A stretch of 64,000 nt of DNA from Gammaproteobacteria bacterium (GCA_041576975.1 JBFGJY010000004.1:7361-71360), one strand, 5' to 3'; numbered from the stretch's first letter, positions 10,025 to 19,910 are shown. A program made the numbers and translations. The notes: a model not told the origin generated them from the letters alone.

Positions 10025-10436
10025 TGGTGCCTGTCGTGGTAATCCTGGACCAGGAGGATGGGCAGCAATTTTGCGGTATCGAGATAATGAAACCTTAATC
10101 CATGGCGCAGAAGCCGAAACCACAAATAACCGCATGGAATTGCAAGCCGCAGTGTCGGCATTACAAAAATTAAAACGTCCTTGTAGTGTTCGTATCACTA
10201 CCGATTCACGTTATTTAATGGATGGAATTCAACATTGGTTACCAAATTGGAAACAAAATGGTTGGAAAACCTCTGCAAAAAAACCTGTAAAGAACGATGA
10301 CTTATGGCGTCAATTGGATAAGTTAGTTGAAGGTCACAATATTACTTGGAATTGGGTAAAAGGCCATAGTGGTCACGCTGAAAACGAGCGAGTGGATCGT
10401 TTGGCCAATGAAGCGATTGATAATCTGTTATCGTAG
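9996..10436 (+). CDS. rnhA: Ribonuclease HI
   Basis: The sequence begins [26 protein letters not shown], ends …[14 protein letters not shown], and carries the DEDD catalytic residues. Confidence 0.93.
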   Translation: MSEQVEIYTDGACRGNPGPGGWAAILRYRDNETLIHGAEAETTNNRMELQAAVSALQKLKRPCSVRITTDSRYLMDGIQHWLPNWKQNGWKTSAKKPVKNDDLWRQLDKLVEGHNITWNWVKGHSGHAENERVDRLANEAIDNLLS

Positions 10437-10495
10437 AACTATCAATTGTCAAGTTGTTTTAATTAAATCAAAATTAAATATTAAATCTTTAAAAT

Positions 10496-11191
10496 ATGCG
10501 CCAAGTAGTACTTGATACAGAAACCACTGGTCTTGAAGTTTCCCAAGGTCATCGCATTATCGAAATTGGTTGTGTCGAGATCATGCATCGGCGTACTACA
10601 AACCAAACATTTCATCAATTTATAAATCCTGAGCGTGAAATAGATGAGGGTGCCTCAGAGGTGCATGGTATCAAACAGGATTTTCTTAAGAATAAACCTA
10701 GATTTTCAAATATTGTAGATGATTTGATTCAGTTTATTGATGGTGCAGAGCTTATTATTCACAATGCTAGTTTTGATGTCGGATTTATAAATACCGAATT
10801 ATCACTAGCCAAGCACAGCATTGCTGATATTCGAGAGCGTTGTATGGTTATTGATTCTTTAGAGTTAGCTAGAAAATTGCATCCTGGACAAAAGAATAGC
10901 TTAGATGTCTTATGCAAGCGTTATGAAATAGATAATTCTCACCGCGAACTGCACGGCGCATTACTCGATGCTCAGATTCTAGCCGATGTTTATTTGGCTA
11001 TGACAGGTGGCCAAACAACATTAAGTTTAGCGGCAAATTTTGATAAATCAACGCAACAAAAAATGTCTGCTGATAATACAAAGATTCAAAGGCCCGCGCT
11101 AAAAATTATTTATGCAAACGAGGATGAATTATGCGCCCACGAGGCATTTTTGAATAAAATTCAACAAGAAAGTGATTCTGGCTGTGAATGA
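10496..11191 (+). CDS. dnaQ: DNA polymerase III epsilon subunit (3'-5' proofreading exonuclease)
   Basis: The DEDDh exonuclease motifs are present: VLDTETTGL (Exo I), HNASFD (Exo II) and HGALLDAQILADVYL (Exo III). Confidence 0.92.
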   Translation: MRQVVLDTETTGLEVSQGHRIIEIGCVEIMHRRTTNQTFHQFINPEREIDEGASEVHGIKQDFLKNKPRFSNIVDDLIQFIDGAELIIHNASFDVGFINTELSLAKHSIADIRERCMVIDSLELARKLHPGQKNSLDVLCKRYEIDNSHRELHGALLDAQILADVYLAMTGGQTTLSLAANFDKSTQQKMSADNTKIQRPALKIIYANEDELCAHEAFLNKIQQESDSGCE

Positions 11192-11309
11192 ATGATGGGG
11201 TTGTATTGCATACCAGCGGAGTTTCATGTTCATAGCGGTTGCTGTACTGCGTGAATTTCGTTACATTTCGTTCATCTTTATTTTTTGCCACCTTGTGGAG
11301 TCATCTGTT

Positions 11310-11534
11310 ATGAGAAAAAAACTAATTATTTTCATATTATCCACCTTACCTTTAGTTATTACTGGATGTGGAGATAATGGTGGAGCAGCAAGTGGCAAAT
11401 GGGTAGGTGAGGTCTTCGAGAGTTCAAATACGAAAACTTCAACTATAGTTGGTGAATTCGACTCATATGATGAATGTGTTGCTGAATCACAAAAAGAGGC
11501 AAAATCTGGAATTTTTAACTGTGGTATAAAATAA
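11310..11534 (+). CDS. Small lipoprotein (74 aa) of unknown function
   Basis: The internal Met of ORF 11226..11534 is followed by a signal peptide and lipobox (MRKKLIIFILSTLPLVITGC). Confidence 0.5.
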   Translation: MRKKLIIFILSTLPLVITGCGDNGGAASGKWVGEVFESSNTKTSTIVGEFDSYDECVAESQKEAKSGIFNCGIK

Positions 11535-11620
11535 TTGCAATCTCCTAAATATAGCAGCTACAACAATGCTAGGTGTAAACCTGAGATATTTAACTTTGGA
11601 TAAGAGCTCTTGCTCAGTCG

Positions 11621-12094
11621 CTATTTTCCGTGTTTTAGAATTCTTTGTTTGTCTCGTTGCCAATCTCGTTCTTTAATGCTCGCGCGTTTGTCTTGTTTTT
11701 GTTTGCCTTTGGCAATTCCAATTTCAATTTTGGCAACGCCTTTCTTCCAGTACATTGACAAAGGGACGATAGTAAAACCTTTCCTCTCTACAGCTCCAAC
11801 TAACTTAGATAATTCATTTTTGTGCAATAGCAGTTTTCGCGTTCGCGTTGGATCGACAGATTTGTGGGTCGAAGTTGTAGGTAACGGGCTAATATGTGCG
11901 CCTAAGAGCCATGCTTCCATGTCCTTGATAAGGACATAACTTTCTTTTAGTTGTATGCTTTTTGCTCTTAAACTTTTTACTTCCCAACCTTCAAGAATTA
12001 GTCCAGCCTCTATCTGTTCAATAATAAAATAATCATGACGAGCTTTTTTATTAATCGCAATATAATTACCTGTTTTATGCTTAGACTTAGTCAT
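11621..12094 (-). CDS. smpB: SsrA-binding protein SmpB
   Basis: The N-terminus is [15 protein letters not shown]…GWEVKSLRA and the C-terminal tail is basic. Confidence 0.93.
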   Translation of the reverse strand: MTKSKHKTGNYIAINKKARHDYFIIEQIEAGLILEGWEVKSLRAKSIQLKESYVLIKDMEAWLLGAHISPLPTTSTHKSVDPTRTRKLLLHKNELSKLVGAVERKGFTIVPLSMYWKKGVAKIEIGIAKGKQKQDKRASIKERDWQRDKQRILKHGK

Positions 12095-12198
12095 TGACTC
12101 TATTATGGTGTATTTGAATATAGCTTACGATGGCTCCTAAGTATAAGTTAAACAATTTTTTTAAATGCTTGTTGATCACTCAATAATGTAGGCTATTA

Positions 12199-13596
12199 AT
12201 GGCTAATTTAAGAACATCGATTCATGGATATTGGACTTCGAGATTTGCGTTCGTATTAGCTGCAGCGGGTTCTGCTGTCGGCTTGGGAAATATTTGGAAG
12301 TTTCCCTACATGGCTGGTGAAAATGGTGGTGGTGCCTTTGTATTGTTGTATCTCATTTGCATTGCTTTATTTGGTATACCCGTAATGATGTCTGAAGTGT
12401 TATTGGGACGCAGGGGTAGAAGTAGTCCTATAAATACAATGACTGCATTGGCTGAAGAGGAAAATAGAAGTGGCTCTTGGGGCTTACTTGGCTTAATGGG
12501 AGTGTTGGCCGGATTTTTAATTCTTTCATATTATAGTGTGATTGCCGGATGGGCGTTGGCTTATGTAGTGGAAACAGGAACTGGTACTTTTATAGGAGTC
12601 ACAAGTGATGGGGCGGGAGAAGTTTTTAATAGTTTAATATCAAATCCAAATCGACTTCTGTTTTGGCATACTTTATTTATGGTGTTGACAATGTTGATCG
12701 TTGTCAGAGGTGTAAATAAAGGCTTAGAAACCGCGGTGCGGTTTTTAATGCCAGCTTTGTTCGTCTTAATTCTAGTAATGATTGTTTATGCAGTCTTTAA
12801 AGGTGAGTTTTACGCGGGATTAAAATTTTTATTTGCTCCAGATTTCTCCAAATTAAGTCCAGAAGCCATATTGAAAGCAATGGGGCAAGCTTTTTTTAGT
12901 CTAAGCTTAGGCATGGGTGCAATTATGATGTATGGCTCTTATCTGCCAAGCGACGCATCCATTGCTACAACTAGTTTTCAAGTGGCGATTGCAGACACTG
13001 TGGTTGCCATATTTGCAGGTCTGGCAATTTTTCCAATCGTTTTTGCAAATGGTTTAGAAGCAGGGCAAGGCCCAGGGTTAATTTTTAACACACTTCCACT
13101 TGCCTTTGGACAAATGACTGGAGGCGTACTATTTGGTACTTTATTTTTTATCCTTTTGGTATTTGCTGCATGGACTTCGGCGATATCTTTGATCGAACCC
13201 GCAGTAGCGTGGTTAATAGAAAAATTTTCGATCTCTCGATTATTGTCATCTGTAATATGTGGAGCTGTTACTTGGACGATTGGTCTTGGGACAGTATTTT
13301 CATTTAATAATTGGAACAAGATCGAATTGTTTAATGGCACCTTCCTTGAAGGCAAATCTTTTTTTGATTTATTAGATTACGCAACTTCAAATATCATGCT
13401 ACCGTTAGGCGGAATTTTAATTTGTATTTTTGCCGCATGGTTCATGAGCGAATCCTCGCGACGTGATGAACTTAATCTTAAATATGAAGGTGTGTATCGT
13501 TTATGGCGTTTTCTTGCAAGATATATAACGCCAATAGGCGTGATTCTGATTTTTTTGCATGTGATTGGTATTCTAGAAAAGCTTCAAATAACCTAA
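12199..13596 (+). CDS. Sodium-dependent transporter of the neurotransmitter:sodium symporter (SNF/NSS) family
   Basis: The signature AAAGSAVGLGNIWKFPY is present and there are 11-12 predicted TM helices. The gene sits between smpB and ratA, where E. coli has none. Confidence 0.85.
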   Translation: MANLRTSIHGYWTSRFAFVLAAAGSAVGLGNIWKFPYMAGENGGGAFVLLYLICIALFGIPVMMSEVLLGRRGRSSPINTMTALAEEENRSGSWGLLGLMGVLAGFLILSYYSVIAGWALAYVVETGTGTFIGVTSDGAGEVFNSLISNPNRLLFWHTLFMVLTMLIVVRGVNKGLETAVRFLMPALFVLILVMIVYAVFKGEFYAGLKFLFAPDFSKLSPEAILKAMGQAFFSLSLGMGAIMMYGSYLPSDASIATTSFQVAIADTVVAIFAGLAIFPIVFANGLEAGQGPGLIFNTLPLAFGQMTGGVLFGTLFFILLVFAAWTSAISLIEPAVAWLIEKFSISRLLSSVICGAVTWTIGLGTVFSFNNWNKIELFNGTFLEGKSFFDLLDYATSNIMLPLGGILICIFAAWFMSESSRRDELNLKYEGVYRLWRFLARYITPIGVILIFLHVIGILEKLQIT

Positions 13597-13606
13597 TACT
13601 TTTTCT

Positions 13607-14041
13607 ATGACCCATGTGCAACGCAGTGTACTGTTGCCCTATTCGGTGGCGCAGATGTACCAATTAGTCAACGATGTGGATTTGTATCCTGAATTTATTC
13701 CATGGTGTGTGAAATGTGATGTGCAGAATAAAAATGAGAAAGAGAAGCAGGCTACTATGCACTTTTCGAGCAGAGGTATCAAAGCGTCAGTTACAACTTG
13801 CAATGAGCTGATAGAAAACAAGAAAATTACCATGCATTTAGTAGCAGGGCCATTTAAACATTTAACAGGGGGGTGGCAATTTCATAATATTGATGACTAT
13901 GCGTGCCGAGTAGAATTAGATATGGAATTTGCATTTTCTAATCGCCTATATGAAATAACGCTGGGTCCAATTTTTAATCAAGTCGCCAATAAGCTAGTTT
14001 CCGCTTTTGCGCAAAGAGCAGAGGATTTGTATGGAAAATAA
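13607..14041 (+). CDS. ratA: SRPBCC-family ubiquinone-binding protein of the RatA/PasT/Coq10 type
   Basis: 144 aa of the polyketide-cyclase-like family. It sits upstream of an RnfH-family gene and next to smpB, as the E. coli ratA-ratB pair does. Confidence 0.75.
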   Translation: MTHVQRSVLLPYSVAQMYQLVNDVDLYPEFIPWCVKCDVQNKNEKEKQATMHFSSRGIKASVTTCNELIENKKITMHLVAGPFKHLTGGWQFHNIDDYACRVELDMEFAFSNRLYEITLGPIFNQVANKLVSAFAQRAEDLYGK

Positions 14042-14324
14042 CAAATCTATTTCAGTAATAGTTTGTTATGCGCAAGCTGATCAGCAAGAAATCGTTTCGC
14101 TAATCTTACCGCCACAAACAAAAGTACTGAAAGCTATACAACAATCTGGTATTTTGGATAAATTTCCTGAAATTGATTTATCTAAAAACAGCATTGGAAT
14201 ATTTGGTAAAATTGTAAAGTTAGACCAAGTATTACTCAACAAAGACAGAATAGAAATTTACCGCCCCTTGTACCTTGATCCAATGCAAGCGCGACGTCAA
14301 CGTGCAGAACAACAAGAACATTAA
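14031..14324 (+). CDS. ratB: RnfH-family protein (RatB/PasI-like, ubiquitin-like fold)
   Basis: The N-terminus is MENNKSISVIVCYAQADQQEIV…. The ATG overlaps the ratA stop by 11 nt. ORF 14007 would extend it upstream. Confidence 0.65.
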   Translation: MENNKSISVIVCYAQADQQEIVSLILPPQTKVLKAIQQSGILDKFPEIDLSKNSIGIFGKIVKLDQVLLNKDRIEIYRPLYLDPMQARRQRAEQQEH

Positions 14325-14371
14325 TATTTGAGTATGGTATTGATTAAAATATTTAAGTTAAAGGTTTTCAA

Positions 14372-14806
14372 ATGAAGTTGACTAACTATGTATTGACCCA
14401 AGTTTTAATGTTTAATTTTGCCTTAAGTTTCTTATGTATTGCTTATGCTGATGGAATGAATATCAAATACGGTTTATGGGAGATGAAGAGCAGAGTAACA
14501 ATGCCTTTTGGAGGTGGTACACAAGAACATATTTCACAAGACTGCTTCACTAAATCTATGTCAATACCAGAGCAATTAATGAAGAATAATCAAGGGTGTG
14601 AAATCCTAGATAAAAAAGTTGATGCTAATTCCATGCAATGGACAGTTAGATGTCAAAATGAAGGTATAGAAACAATTGGTAAAGGTAGTATGCAATCTAC
14701 AGAAACGACAATGACCGGTAACATGAATCTTTCTACAACGCTAAATGGTGAAAATATGGAGATAAGTACAAATTGGGAAGGAAAATTTATTGGAGATTGC
14801 AAATAA
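14372..14806 (+). CDS. Secreted protein of unknown function (signal peptide; resembles the DUF3617 'GLWE' lipoprotein family)
   Basis: The N-terminal signal peptide ends …CIAYADG and a GLWEMK motif follows. The DUF3617 assignment is from memory only. Confidence 0.5.
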   Translation: MKLTNYVLTQVLMFNFALSFLCIAYADGMNIKYGLWEMKSRVTMPFGGGTQEHISQDCFTKSMSIPEQLMKNNQGCEILDKKVDANSMQWTVRCQNEGIETIGKGSMQSTETTMTGNMNLSTTLNGENMEISTNWEGKFIGDCK

Positions 14807-14836
14807 TAAGGAGTAATTATTTACATACATACGTCG

Positions 14837-15337
14837 CTAGTTATTTTGGTCTTTATTTGTTTCTTGCATTTGTTCCAGTTCTTTGGCTTGCTGTTCTAAC
14901 TCTTCCTGTTCTTTTTCCGCTTTTTCATCTGTAGAGACTTGTTCTATAGTATGTTGTTTCTTATCGCCATCTTTATTTTCTTTTTCTTCAGCAATGATTA
15001 CATCATCCCTTACAATATATTTTTTATAGATATCAATAACTTCATCACGATCAAAAATTAACGTTAATTGGCGGCGTTGTTGTTCTCCATACCCTGGAAT
15101 AAAAAGATAAATATAATCCCATCGGTCTGGGTGGAAACTGTCAACAATTAAAGGGTTACCAAGCACAAAACGAACCTGTTCTTTGGTCATGCCTAATTTT
15201 ATTTGTTCAACAGATTTTGCTTCTACAGCGTTACCTTGTTGTACATCGATTTTGTATACTGTCAACAATTTACTTTGGCATCCATGTAGAGAGAAAGCAC
15301 AGCACAATGTGCATACAATAGCCCTTAAATTGTTCAT
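14837..15337 (-). CDS. bamE: Outer-membrane protein assembly factor BamE (SmpA/OmlA) with a charged C-terminal extension
   Basis: A lipobox is present (AFSLHGC). The BamE core reads KIDVQQGN…LGMTKEQV…LGNPL. The gene lies next to recN as in E. coli. The roughly 60-aa E/K/Q-rich tail is extra. Confidence 0.85.
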   Translation of the reverse strand: MNNLRAIVCTLCCAFSLHGCQSKLLTVYKIDVQQGNAVEAKSVEQIKLGMTKEQVRFVLGNPLIVDSFHPDRWDYIYLFIPGYGEQQRRQLTLIFDRDEVIDIYKKYIVRDDVIIAEEKENKDGDKKQHTIEQVSTDEKAEKEQEELEQQAKELEQMQETNKDQNN

Positions 15338-15343
15338 ATTTTG

Positions 15344-17017
15344 CTAAATTTTAATTTGGCGCAACATTTCTTTTGCATGCTCATGAGTATTGCGAGTTAT
15401 TTCAATACCGCCGAGCATACGCGCAAGTTCTTCGATACGAGCCGTTTCGGTAAGGTGTGAAACTTCAGTTGTTATAGAACCATCTTGTTCAGACTTTTTA
15501 ACTTTATAGTGATGGTGTGCTTGTGCAGCTACTTGGGGTAAATGGGTTACACAAAACACCTGCGCATCATTACCCAGCTTTCGCAAATGTCTGCCAACTA
15601 CCTCGGCCGTTGCGCCTCCCACACCTGAATCGACTTCGTCGAAGATCAGAGTTGGGATACCTAGGTTATTGGCTGTGGCCATCTGTATGGCAAGACTTAG
15701 TCTTGATAGTTCACCGCCTGATGCTACTTTGTTCAGGGGTCGAAGTGACTGGCCTGGATTGGTGCTGACCATAAATTGGATCTCGTCTAAGCCATGTAGA
15801 GATAGCTCTAGGGATTTTTTGACTCGTATGTCTATATAAAAGCGTCCGTCTTGCATGCCCAGGGATTGCATAGAGTCGGTTATTTTTTGATTTAGCTCAT
15901 TCGCAGCTTTTCTTCTAGCGGAACTGATTTCTTTAGCTAAAGTTCGGTAATGATTTTCCGCTTCTTGCATTGATATTTTAAGTTTATCCGGATCTTCGTG
16001 GCTGCCTTCAAGTTTTTCAAGCTCTGCTTGTAAGGATGCCTGCAGTGGAACCAGTTGCGAAGGTTTAACTTTATGTTTACGCGCAATTTCTTCTATTGCA
16101 GCGATGCGTTCTTCCACTAGTTGTAATTCTTCTGGGTTAGAGGATATTTGCTCAGAATAATTGCGTAATGTATTGGATACTTCTTTAATTTGTATATGAA
16201 TACTTTGTAAACTATCCAGTGGTTCATTTAGTTCTCGATCAGTAGAGCTTAATTTTTCTAGCTCCTTGATTATATTATTAAGTTGATCGTAGACCGCATC
16301 ATCATTTTCCCCATCAAGTTGTTGCGATATACGCATGCTACCTTCATTTAGTTCTTTTGCGTTATTTAAAAGTATATGTTGATCATTTAGTTCTTCATAT
16401 TCATCTTTATTTAAACTGAGTCGTTCAAGCTCCTTATTTTGATAGCGTAATAATTCTAATTGCGAAAGTGTATTTTTTTGGTTGCTCTCGATGATTTGTA
16501 ATTGATTGTTTAGACTTTGCCAAAGTCGATAAACTGTTGCTAATTTTTCAATTCTATTTTCATTGTCTGAATAGCTATCCAATAATTCGCGTTGTTTATC
16601 TTTTTGCATAAGTGATTGGTGTTCATGTTGACCATAGACATCTACAAATAAATCACTAATGCTGCGCAGTACTGTTACAGAACAGGGGGTGTTGTTGATA
16701 TAAGCTTTAGATTTACCGTCTACTGAAATAACACGACGTAATACACAATCGTCCCCCATATAAAGGTCGCGCTCTTCTAACCAACTTATAGCCTGTTTTG
16801 TACTGCTAATGTCCACTGTAGCAACAACTTCAACTTTTTCATTAGCATCGCGCGCCACTGAACGATCTGCTCGATTACCAAGTGTTAAGTTAAGTGCGTC
16901 AATAATAATCGATTTTCCAGCACCTGTTTCACCGGTGAGTACACTCATGCCGGCAAAGAAATCCAATTCCAGCTCGTCAATGATTGCAAAGTTGCTAATG
17001 TAGATCGATTTAAGCAT
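15344..17017 (-). CDS. recN: DNA repair protein RecN
   Basis: The Walker A motif is GETGAGKSIIIDAL. Long coiled-coil regions follow. The C-terminal signature is SGGELSRLSLA and the D-loop is LIFDEVDSGVGG. Confidence 0.93.
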   Translation of the reverse strand: MLKSIYISNFAIIDELELDFFAGMSVLTGETGAGKSIIIDALNLTLGNRADRSVARDANEKVEVVATVDISSTKQAISWLEERDLYMGDDCVLRRVISVDGKSKAYINNTPCSVTVLRSISDLFVDVYGQHEHQSLMQKDKQRELLDSYSDNENRIEKLATVYRLWQSLNNQLQIIESNQKNTLSQLELLRYQNKELERLSLNKDEYEELNDQHILLNNAKELNEGSMRISQQLDGENDDAVYDQLNNIIKELEKLSSTDRELNEPLDSLQSIHIQIKEVSNTLRNYSEQISSNPEELQLVEERIAAIEEIARKHKVKPSQLVPLQASLQAELEKLEGSHEDPDKLKISMQEAENHYRTLAKEISSARRKAANELNQKITDSMQSLGMQDGRFYIDIRVKKSLELSLHGLDEIQFMVSTNPGQSLRPLNKVASGGELSRLSLAIQMATANNLGIPTLIFDEVDSGVGGATAEVVGRHLRKLGNDAQVFCVTHLPQVAAQAHHHYKVKKSEQDGSITTEVSHLTETARIEELARMLGGIEITRNTHEHAKEMLRQIKI

Positions 17018-17043
17018 ATTCCCGTTTGGAAGATAGGTAGCGC

Positions 17044-18024
17044 TCAGGATCTTTTACTATTGGGTGGTGTGCTCCAGCGTAGTTTTTCGCGCAACACATC
17101 AAAGTAATCATAGTCTTTAGGTTGAATTAATCGTAATGCACATTTTCCTTTTTCAATTTTTAGTGTATCTCCTGGCATAAAATCCATGTTGATTTGTCCG
17201 TCGACGGAAGCTAGTGCGGTGTAACGATTTTGCTTGGGCAGAAGAATTTCAACCAGGCTGTCGGCATCTATCACAATTGGGCGATTACTAAGTGTGTGAG
17301 GGCAAATAGGCACCAGCACAATTGCACCTATATTGGGATGCAATATTGGGCCTCCACCTGAGAGGGCATAAGCGGTTGATCCAGTTGGAGTGGCAACAAT
17401 ATAACCATCAGCACGAAGAGTATTTAGATGTTGTTTATTAACACGGGTTTCAATTTCGATCATACGTACCATCTGCATAGCATGGACAACTACATCATTG
17501 ATAGCATTTGCAGTACTTATGGTTTTCCCATCTCTTAGTAGGCTGGCTTGTAATACAAAGCGTTGTTCTACTATGTAATTACCTGCAAAAATTTGATCGA
17601 GCTGAATTTCAATTTCATCTGGACTAATTTCAGCTAGAAACCCAAGATGCCCTAAATTGATTCCAAGCATAGGAATATCATTTTGGATCAGGCTATGAGC
17701 TGCATGCAGAAGAGTGCCGTCACCCCCAACTACAATCACGAGATTACAATTTGCAGCAATTTCCTCAGAACTACTGGGTTCTACCGATTTTTGAATAAGC
17801 TTGGCAGACACTGCATCCGTGTAGATATCTACAGGTCTATCAGATAAATACTGGTAGAGCGATTGGACTGTACTAGCTATTTGTTGATCTTCAGGTTTGG
17901 AAACAATCCCGATTGTGGAAAACTGGCTCACGGTTAGATTTAATCTGATTTTATTGAAAGCTATCACGGATCTTCTACCTACACTAGTCGGACACCTTCT
18001 TGACATAGCTGAGTAGTATTGCAA
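17044..18024 (-). CDS. nadK: NAD kinase (the true start may be an internal Met; the ORF includes a ~40 aa N-terminal extension)
   Basis: The GGDGTLL motif (VVGGDGTLLHAAHSL) and the NIGxxG-type loop (TPTGSTAYALSGGGPILHP) are present. Confidence 0.88.
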   Translation of the reverse strand: MQYYSAMSRRCPTSVGRRSVIAFNKIRLNLTVSQFSTIGIVSKPEDQQIASTVQSLYQYLSDRPVDIYTDAVSAKLIQKSVEPSSSEEIAANCNLVIVVGGDGTLLHAAHSLIQNDIPMLGINLGHLGFLAEISPDEIEIQLDQIFAGNYIVEQRFVLQASLLRDGKTISTANAINDVVVHAMQMVRMIEIETRVNKQHLNTLRADGYIVATPTGSTAYALSGGGPILHPNIGAIVLVPICPHTLSNRPIVIDADSLVEILLPKQNRYTALASVDGQINMDFMPGDTLKIEKGKCALRLIQPKDYDYFDVLREKLRWSTPPNSKRS

Positions 18025-18032
18025 TTATGTTT

Positions 18033-18059
18033 TTGGCACTCTAGCACTTAGAGTGCCAA
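18033..18059 (+). promoter_or_regulatory. CIRCE operator (HrcA binding site): TTGGCACTC-N9-GAGTGCCAA
   Basis: A perfect 9-bp inverted repeat with a 9-nt spacer lies 25 nt upstream of hrcA. It matches the CIRCE consensus TTAGCACTC-N9-GAGTGCTAA. A sigma-70-like TTGACA-17-AATTAT sits immediately upstream (18000..18028). Confidence 0.8.
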
Positions 18060-18083
18060 AAACTTGCTAGGATGTAACTTAAT

Positions 18084-19142
18084 ATGGTCTCGATTGAAAA
18101 TTCAGGCTTTTCTTTAAATGAACGTACTCAGTGCTTATTAAAAGTGCTGGTAGAGAGTTATATCTCAGATGGTCAACCACTGGGCTCGCGTACTCTGGCT
18201 AAACTTTCAGAACTGGATATCAGTCCAGCTACGGTGCGCAATGTTATGGCGGATTTGGAAGAACTTGGTTTTGTCGAATCGCCGCATACCTCTGCAGGCC
18301 GAGTACCCACAATTAGGGGCTATCGATTATTCGTCGATACCATGCTTAAGGTACAACCTCTTACCACAGATGTGGTCTCCGAGGTAATAAAAAACTTAAA
18401 TCCTAATCAAACGGTGAATAGTTTAGTTGAGAGTGCCTCTGGACTGTTATCTGGCCTAACAAGTATGGCGGGCGTAGTTACTATACCTAAACATGAACGT
18501 ACTGAATTTCGCCAAATTGAATTTTTACCACTTTCAGAGCAGCGCGTTTTGGCAATTTTAGTGATGAACCAACAAGAAGTTCAAAATCGTATTTTGCATA
18601 CCGATCGAGAATATTCTGAATCGGAGTTACAACAAGCCGCGAATTACTTAAACGAATTATGCGCTGGCCAAGATTTAGTTGCAGCTAGACAAAAAATTCT
18701 AGATGAGCTAGACCATGTTCGCGAGCATATGAATGATCTCATGCGCTCAGCAGTTGAGATGGGAGAAAAAATATTTTCTGAATCTGAGACAAGCAAGGCT
18801 GATTTTGTAGTAGTCGGTCAAACCAATTTAATGGAATATGATGAATTATCAGACTTAGAGAAACTAAGAAGTTTGTTTGAAGCTTTTGGTCAAAAACAAG
18901 AGTTTCTGCGTTTATTAGATCGATGTATTTGTGCACAGGGGGTGCAAATTTTTATTGGTCATGAATCAGGCTACAATGTCTTAGATGATTGCAGTGTTAT
19001 TACTTCTCCCTATACTGTAGATGATGAGGTTCTAGGTGTAATCGCTGTAGTGGGACCAACACGGATGTCATATGATCGCGTTATCCCTATAGTTGATTTA
19101 ACAGCTAAGTTGCTTGGCGAAGCCTTGAATAATCAAGTTTAA
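18084..19142 (+). CDS. hrcA: Heat-inducible transcription repressor HrcA
   Basis: The N-terminal winged-helix region reads LNERTQCLLKVLVESYISDGQPLGSRTLAK. Confidence 0.9.
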   Translation: MVSIENSGFSLNERTQCLLKVLVESYISDGQPLGSRTLAKLSELDISPATVRNVMADLEELGFVESPHTSAGRVPTIRGYRLFVDTMLKVQPLTTDVVSEVIKNLNPNQTVNSLVESASGLLSGLTSMAGVVTIPKHERTEFRQIEFLPLSEQRVLAILVMNQQEVQNRILHTDREYSESELQQAANYLNELCAGQDLVAARQKILDELDHVREHMNDLMRSAVEMGEKIFSESETSKADFVVVGQTNLMEYDELSDLEKLRSLFEAFGQKQEFLRLLDRCICAQGVQIFIGHESGYNVLDDCSVITSPYTVDDEVLGVIAVVGPTRMSYDRVIPIVDLTAKLLGEALNNQV

Positions 19143-19194
19143 TCCACATATTTGAACTCAGAAAAATATCGTTGTTTCGATAATATGTAAAGTT

Positions 19195-19767
19195 ATGACT
19201 GAAACTAATCAAAATGCAGATGTGAATGATCCGTCAGCTGAAGAATCTTCACCTGAAAACGCTAATGATAGTGTAGATCAACACGTCAATCCTGAGGCTT
19301 TAGAACAAGAACTTGAAAATGCACAACAAAAAGTAGCTGAATATCATGACAAGATGCTGCGGATGCAGGCTGAAATGGAGAATCTGCGTAAACGCAACGA
19401 ACGTGATTTATCTAATGCGCACAAGTATGCGATTGAAAAATTTGCGAGCGAATTATTACAAGTCAAAGACAGTTTAGAGCTAGGGCTTGATGCAGCAGAC
19501 GTGAATGCAGCAAAACTACAAGAAGGTACGGAACTTACACTCAAAATGATGAATAGCGTGCTTCAGAAATTTGCCATTGAAGAAATCGACCCAAGTGGCG
19601 AGACATTTGATCCCAATCTTCATCAGGCCATGACGATGCAAGTGAGCAACGAGCATGAACCCAACACTGTGATCAGCGTAATGCAAAAGGGTTATATCTT
19701 GAATGACCGGCTACTGAGGCCTGCAATGGTCATCGTGGCCAAGGCGCCAGAAGAAGTAGCTGATTAG
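19195..19767 (+). CDS. grpE: Nucleotide exchange factor GrpE
   Basis: The signature …LRMQAEMENLRKR… and the C-terminal region match GrpE. Confidence 0.92.
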   Translation: MTETNQNADVNDPSAEESSPENANDSVDQHVNPEALEQELENAQQKVAEYHDKMLRMQAEMENLRKRNERDLSNAHKYAIEKFASELLQVKDSLELGLDAADVNAAKLQEGTELTLKMMNSVLQKFAIEEIDPSGETFDPNLHQAMTMQVSNEHEPNTVISVMQKGYILNDRLLRPAMVIVAKAPEEVAD

Positions 19768-19821
19768 TGAGGCTAATGCGACGATTTATGGGAAAAATGC
19801 TGTTTTTTTATTCAATACTGC

Positions 19822-19850
19822 CTTGAAACAAGGGGTAGTTGACCCAATAT
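19822..19850 (+). promoter_or_regulatory. Sigma-32 (RpoH)-type heat-shock promoter for dnaK: CTTGAAA-N14-CCCAATAT
   Basis: The -35 element is gCCTTGAAA. A 14-nt spacer separates it from the -10 element CCCAATATAT. The whole matches the consensus CTTGAAA-N13-15-CCCCATnT. It lies about 60 nt upstream of the dnaK ATG. Confidence 0.65.
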
Positions 19851-19910
19851 ATATCGAATAGCCTTTAAATTAACAACTTAATATTTATGAATTTTTCTTG
19901 GAGATAAGCG

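Noticed and set aside
13607-14324. ratA/ratB as a type II toxin-antitoxin pair
   Set aside because: The older 'RatA toxin' annotation has been superseded. The fold is SRPBCC/Coq10-like (ubiquinone binding) and RatB is an RnfH-type ubiquitin-like protein. There is no TA-like size asymmetry or known antitoxin fold, so the pair is treated as housekeeping.
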